Assembly: GCA_963668605.1 (NCBI GenBank)
Contig: OY764903.1
Span: forward strand, 2,341,246-2,405,245
Length of the DNA: 64,000 bases
Direction of reading: 5' to 3'
Source: Bryobacteraceae bacterium
Lineage (GTDB): Bacteria; Acidobacteriota; Terriglobia; Bryobacterales; Bryobacteraceae
Part shown: piece after piece, positions 63,944 to 64,000 of the stretch
How positions within the stretch are numbered: position 1 is the first letter of the stretch
How the letters are laid out: the number at the start of each line of letters is the position of its first letter
The notes under the pieces: model-generated
What the model saw: the letters and a program-made list of their open reading frames with translations, nothing else
Databases searched by the model: none
What the model was told of the DNA's origin: nothing
Position numbers and translations under genes: made by a program

Positions 63944-64000
63944 TCCCGATCGTAGTAGCGCACCAACGTCTGATCGTTGAGACGATTCGGCTCGGCTGCG
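63922..64000 (-). CDS. 3' end of an unidentified upstream gene (partial)
   Basis: An open frame reads ...EPNRLNDQTLVRYYDREWREIAH then TGA at 63924-63922. It is too short to assign. Confidence 0.3.
   Translation of the reverse strand, partial: AAEPNRLNDQTLVRYYDREWREIAH

Overview
GC-rich bacterial chromosomal window, most likely from an Acidobacterium of the Solibacter/Bryobacter type. Support for that: two secreted proteins carry what I recognise as the Solibacter C-terminal repeat (TIGR03437-like), six enzymes have twin-arginine signals, and there is a CarboxypepD_reg-type TonB receptor. About 55 protein genes are supported. In order they are: a partial siroheme sulfite/nitrite reductase, modBC with a translationally coupled FmdE-like gene, thiE, a secreted phosphoesterase-astacin pair, lpxD, a LOG-family gene, an S1/P1 nuclease, and a divergent ferredoxin/polyferredoxin pair. 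Next come an ECF sigma/anti-sigma/DUF4252 module, an orphan radical SAM/SPASM enzyme, a GH29 fucosidase, two tandem FkbM methyltransferase paralogs, a PilZ-J-domain fusion, an RRM RNA-binding protein, and a ThuA/Gfo-Idh-MocA cluster. Then vapBC beside an intact IS630 element (31-nt TIRs, TA duplication), two beta-helix lyase-like genes, metY, and a Wza/Wzz/tyrosine-kinase export trio. The right third holds a GH109-like enzyme next to a GalK-family kinase and a nucleotidyltransferase, an SSS transporter, a TonB receptor, an MdtABC-like RND pump with two permeases, a sulfatase, a cyclophilin and metXW. I saw no rRNA, tRNA or CRISPR array. The non-coding highlights are two CRP/FNR-type TGTGA-N6-TCACA dyads in front of Fe-S protein genes, two dispersed intergenic repeat families, and several genes whose start codons sit 6-10 nt after -10-like hexamers (probable leaderless mRNAs). 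I did not recognise a large novel multi-gene system such as a defence island. The most speculative candidate is a 24-codon ORF abutting the orphan rSAM/SPASM gene. All homology calls rest on motif recognition by eye, not on searches.
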